A stretch of 5,125 nucleotides of DNA, taken from positions 1 to 5,125 of IMG/VR virus record IMGVR_UViG_2698536640_000005, one strand, 5' to 3'. Each line of letters opens with the position of its first letter. Within the stretch, counting starts at the first letter, position 1. Source of the DNA: a virus (lineage: Duplodnaviria; Heunggongvirae; Uroviricota; Caudoviricetes). Below the pieces are notes generated by a model that was not told where the DNA came from, did not search any database, and saw only the letters and a program-made list of their open reading frames with translations. The translations under genes and the position numbers were made by a program. Positions 4,481 through 5,125 of this stretch are shown here, in pieces.

Positions 4481-5125
4481 ATGGAAACCGTATTTGACGC
4501 ACTGAAAGCACTGAAAAGAGCCTCTTCACAGGTAGTGGCGGCCCGCCTTGGAATCAGCCGTGAAGATGCGGTCAACGAACTGTGGAAACTGAAGCGCCGC
4601 GGTGAAGCGGATAACAAGGGTTCGATGTGGCGGCTGATTCAGGCTGGTGAAAGTGAACCGGTGTCACCGGTACCGAAAGTGACAGCGCAAATGCTGACTG
4701 AGGCGATTGAACAACATGGCCCACAAACGGCGGATGAGCTGGCACTGATGTTCGGGATTACCTCCCGCCGGGCGAATTCATCGCTGGCCATGGCAATCAG
4801 CAAAGGGCGTCTGATTCGCGTGAATCAGGGCGGTAAATTTCGTTACTGCATACCGGGCGCTGATTTACCGGCAGAGCCGGAAGCTGCATCCGTAGCGGAA
4901 ACCGATGGTAAAGCCTTTCCTCAGCCAGCAGGTGTTGCGTTACCTGTCCGGGAAGCAGAAACACAGGAAGAAATAAAAACGGAAAGTGTGGCGGTCACAG
5001 TGCAGTCACAGCCGTCGTTCACCAGAAAACATCCGGATGGTCTGATTTTACCATCGCTGCATGTGGCTAACCGCGAGCTGCGCCGGGCAAAAGGTCAGGT
5101 TCAGAAGTGGGAGCGAGTCTGCGCC
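4481..5125 (+). CDS. Hypothetical phage protein with two winged-helix-like repeats (3'-truncated by window end)
   Basis: Not in the ORF track because no stop occurs in the window. ATG 4481 is preceded by SD GGAGG (4468-4472, 8-nt spacer), and the frame stays open for 215 codons to position 5125. Two similar segments ([15 protein letters not shown]...GSMWRL and [15 protein letters not shown]...GKFRYCI) suggest an internal duplication of a winged-helix-type module. Confidence 0.65.
   Translation, partial: METVFDALKALKRASSQVVAARLGISREDAVNELWKLKRRGEADNKGSMWRLIQAGESEPVSPVPKVTAQMLTEAIEQHGPQTADELALMFGITSRRANSSLAMAISKGRLIRVNQGGKFRYCIPGADLPAEPEAASVAETDGKAFPQPAGVALPVREAETQEEIKTESVAVTVQSQPSFTRKHPDGLILPSLHVANRELRRAKGQVQKWERVCA

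Noticed and set aside
3433-4617. Minus-strand ORFs 3433..3783, 3869..4219, 3903..4109, 4018..4617 and 4116..4394
   Set aside because: Long antisense ORFs are expected by chance in this GC-rich replication module. Their products are Arg/Pro/Ser-rich, while the sense-strand products show recognisable O-like and P-like similarity.

Overview
This window reads as the immunity and early-replication region of a lambdoid enterobacterial prophage (Qin / Rac / CP-933P-like mosaic). All identifications are from reading the sequence and from memory of protein families; no database search was run.

Minus strand, right to left: a CI-like HTH repressor gene (1592-2092) is co-oriented and tightly spaced with a 63-aa antitoxin-like gene and a ParE/RelE-family toxin gene (PaaR-PaaA-ParE-type arrangement). 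A strong intrinsic terminator follows (1056-1078). Beyond it lies a separate leftward operon of three small genes whose sizes (51/42/72 aa) match my recollection of Qin YdfA/YdfB/YdfC. At the left edge there is a possible diverged DicF-like sRNA region and the first 15 codons of a possible DicB-like gene.

Plus strand, left to right: Cro-like YdaS, CII-like YdaT, an O-like replication initiator carrying two clusters of helically phased GTCACG iterons plus an AT-rich tract (candidate origin), a lambda-P-like helicase loader, and the first 215 codons of a protein with two winged-helix-like repeats.

No rRNA, tRNA, CRISPR array, IS element or att site was seen. Most elements belong to described families, so I do not claim a novel system. 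The points most worth a second look are the toxin-antitoxin pair wired into the repressor operon, two near-identical operator-like palindromes 1.1 kb apart, the in-gene iteron origin, an unusual 212-nt overlap of the O-like and P-like ORFs, a 42-codon ORF absent from the ORF track, and the DicF/DicB-like left edge.
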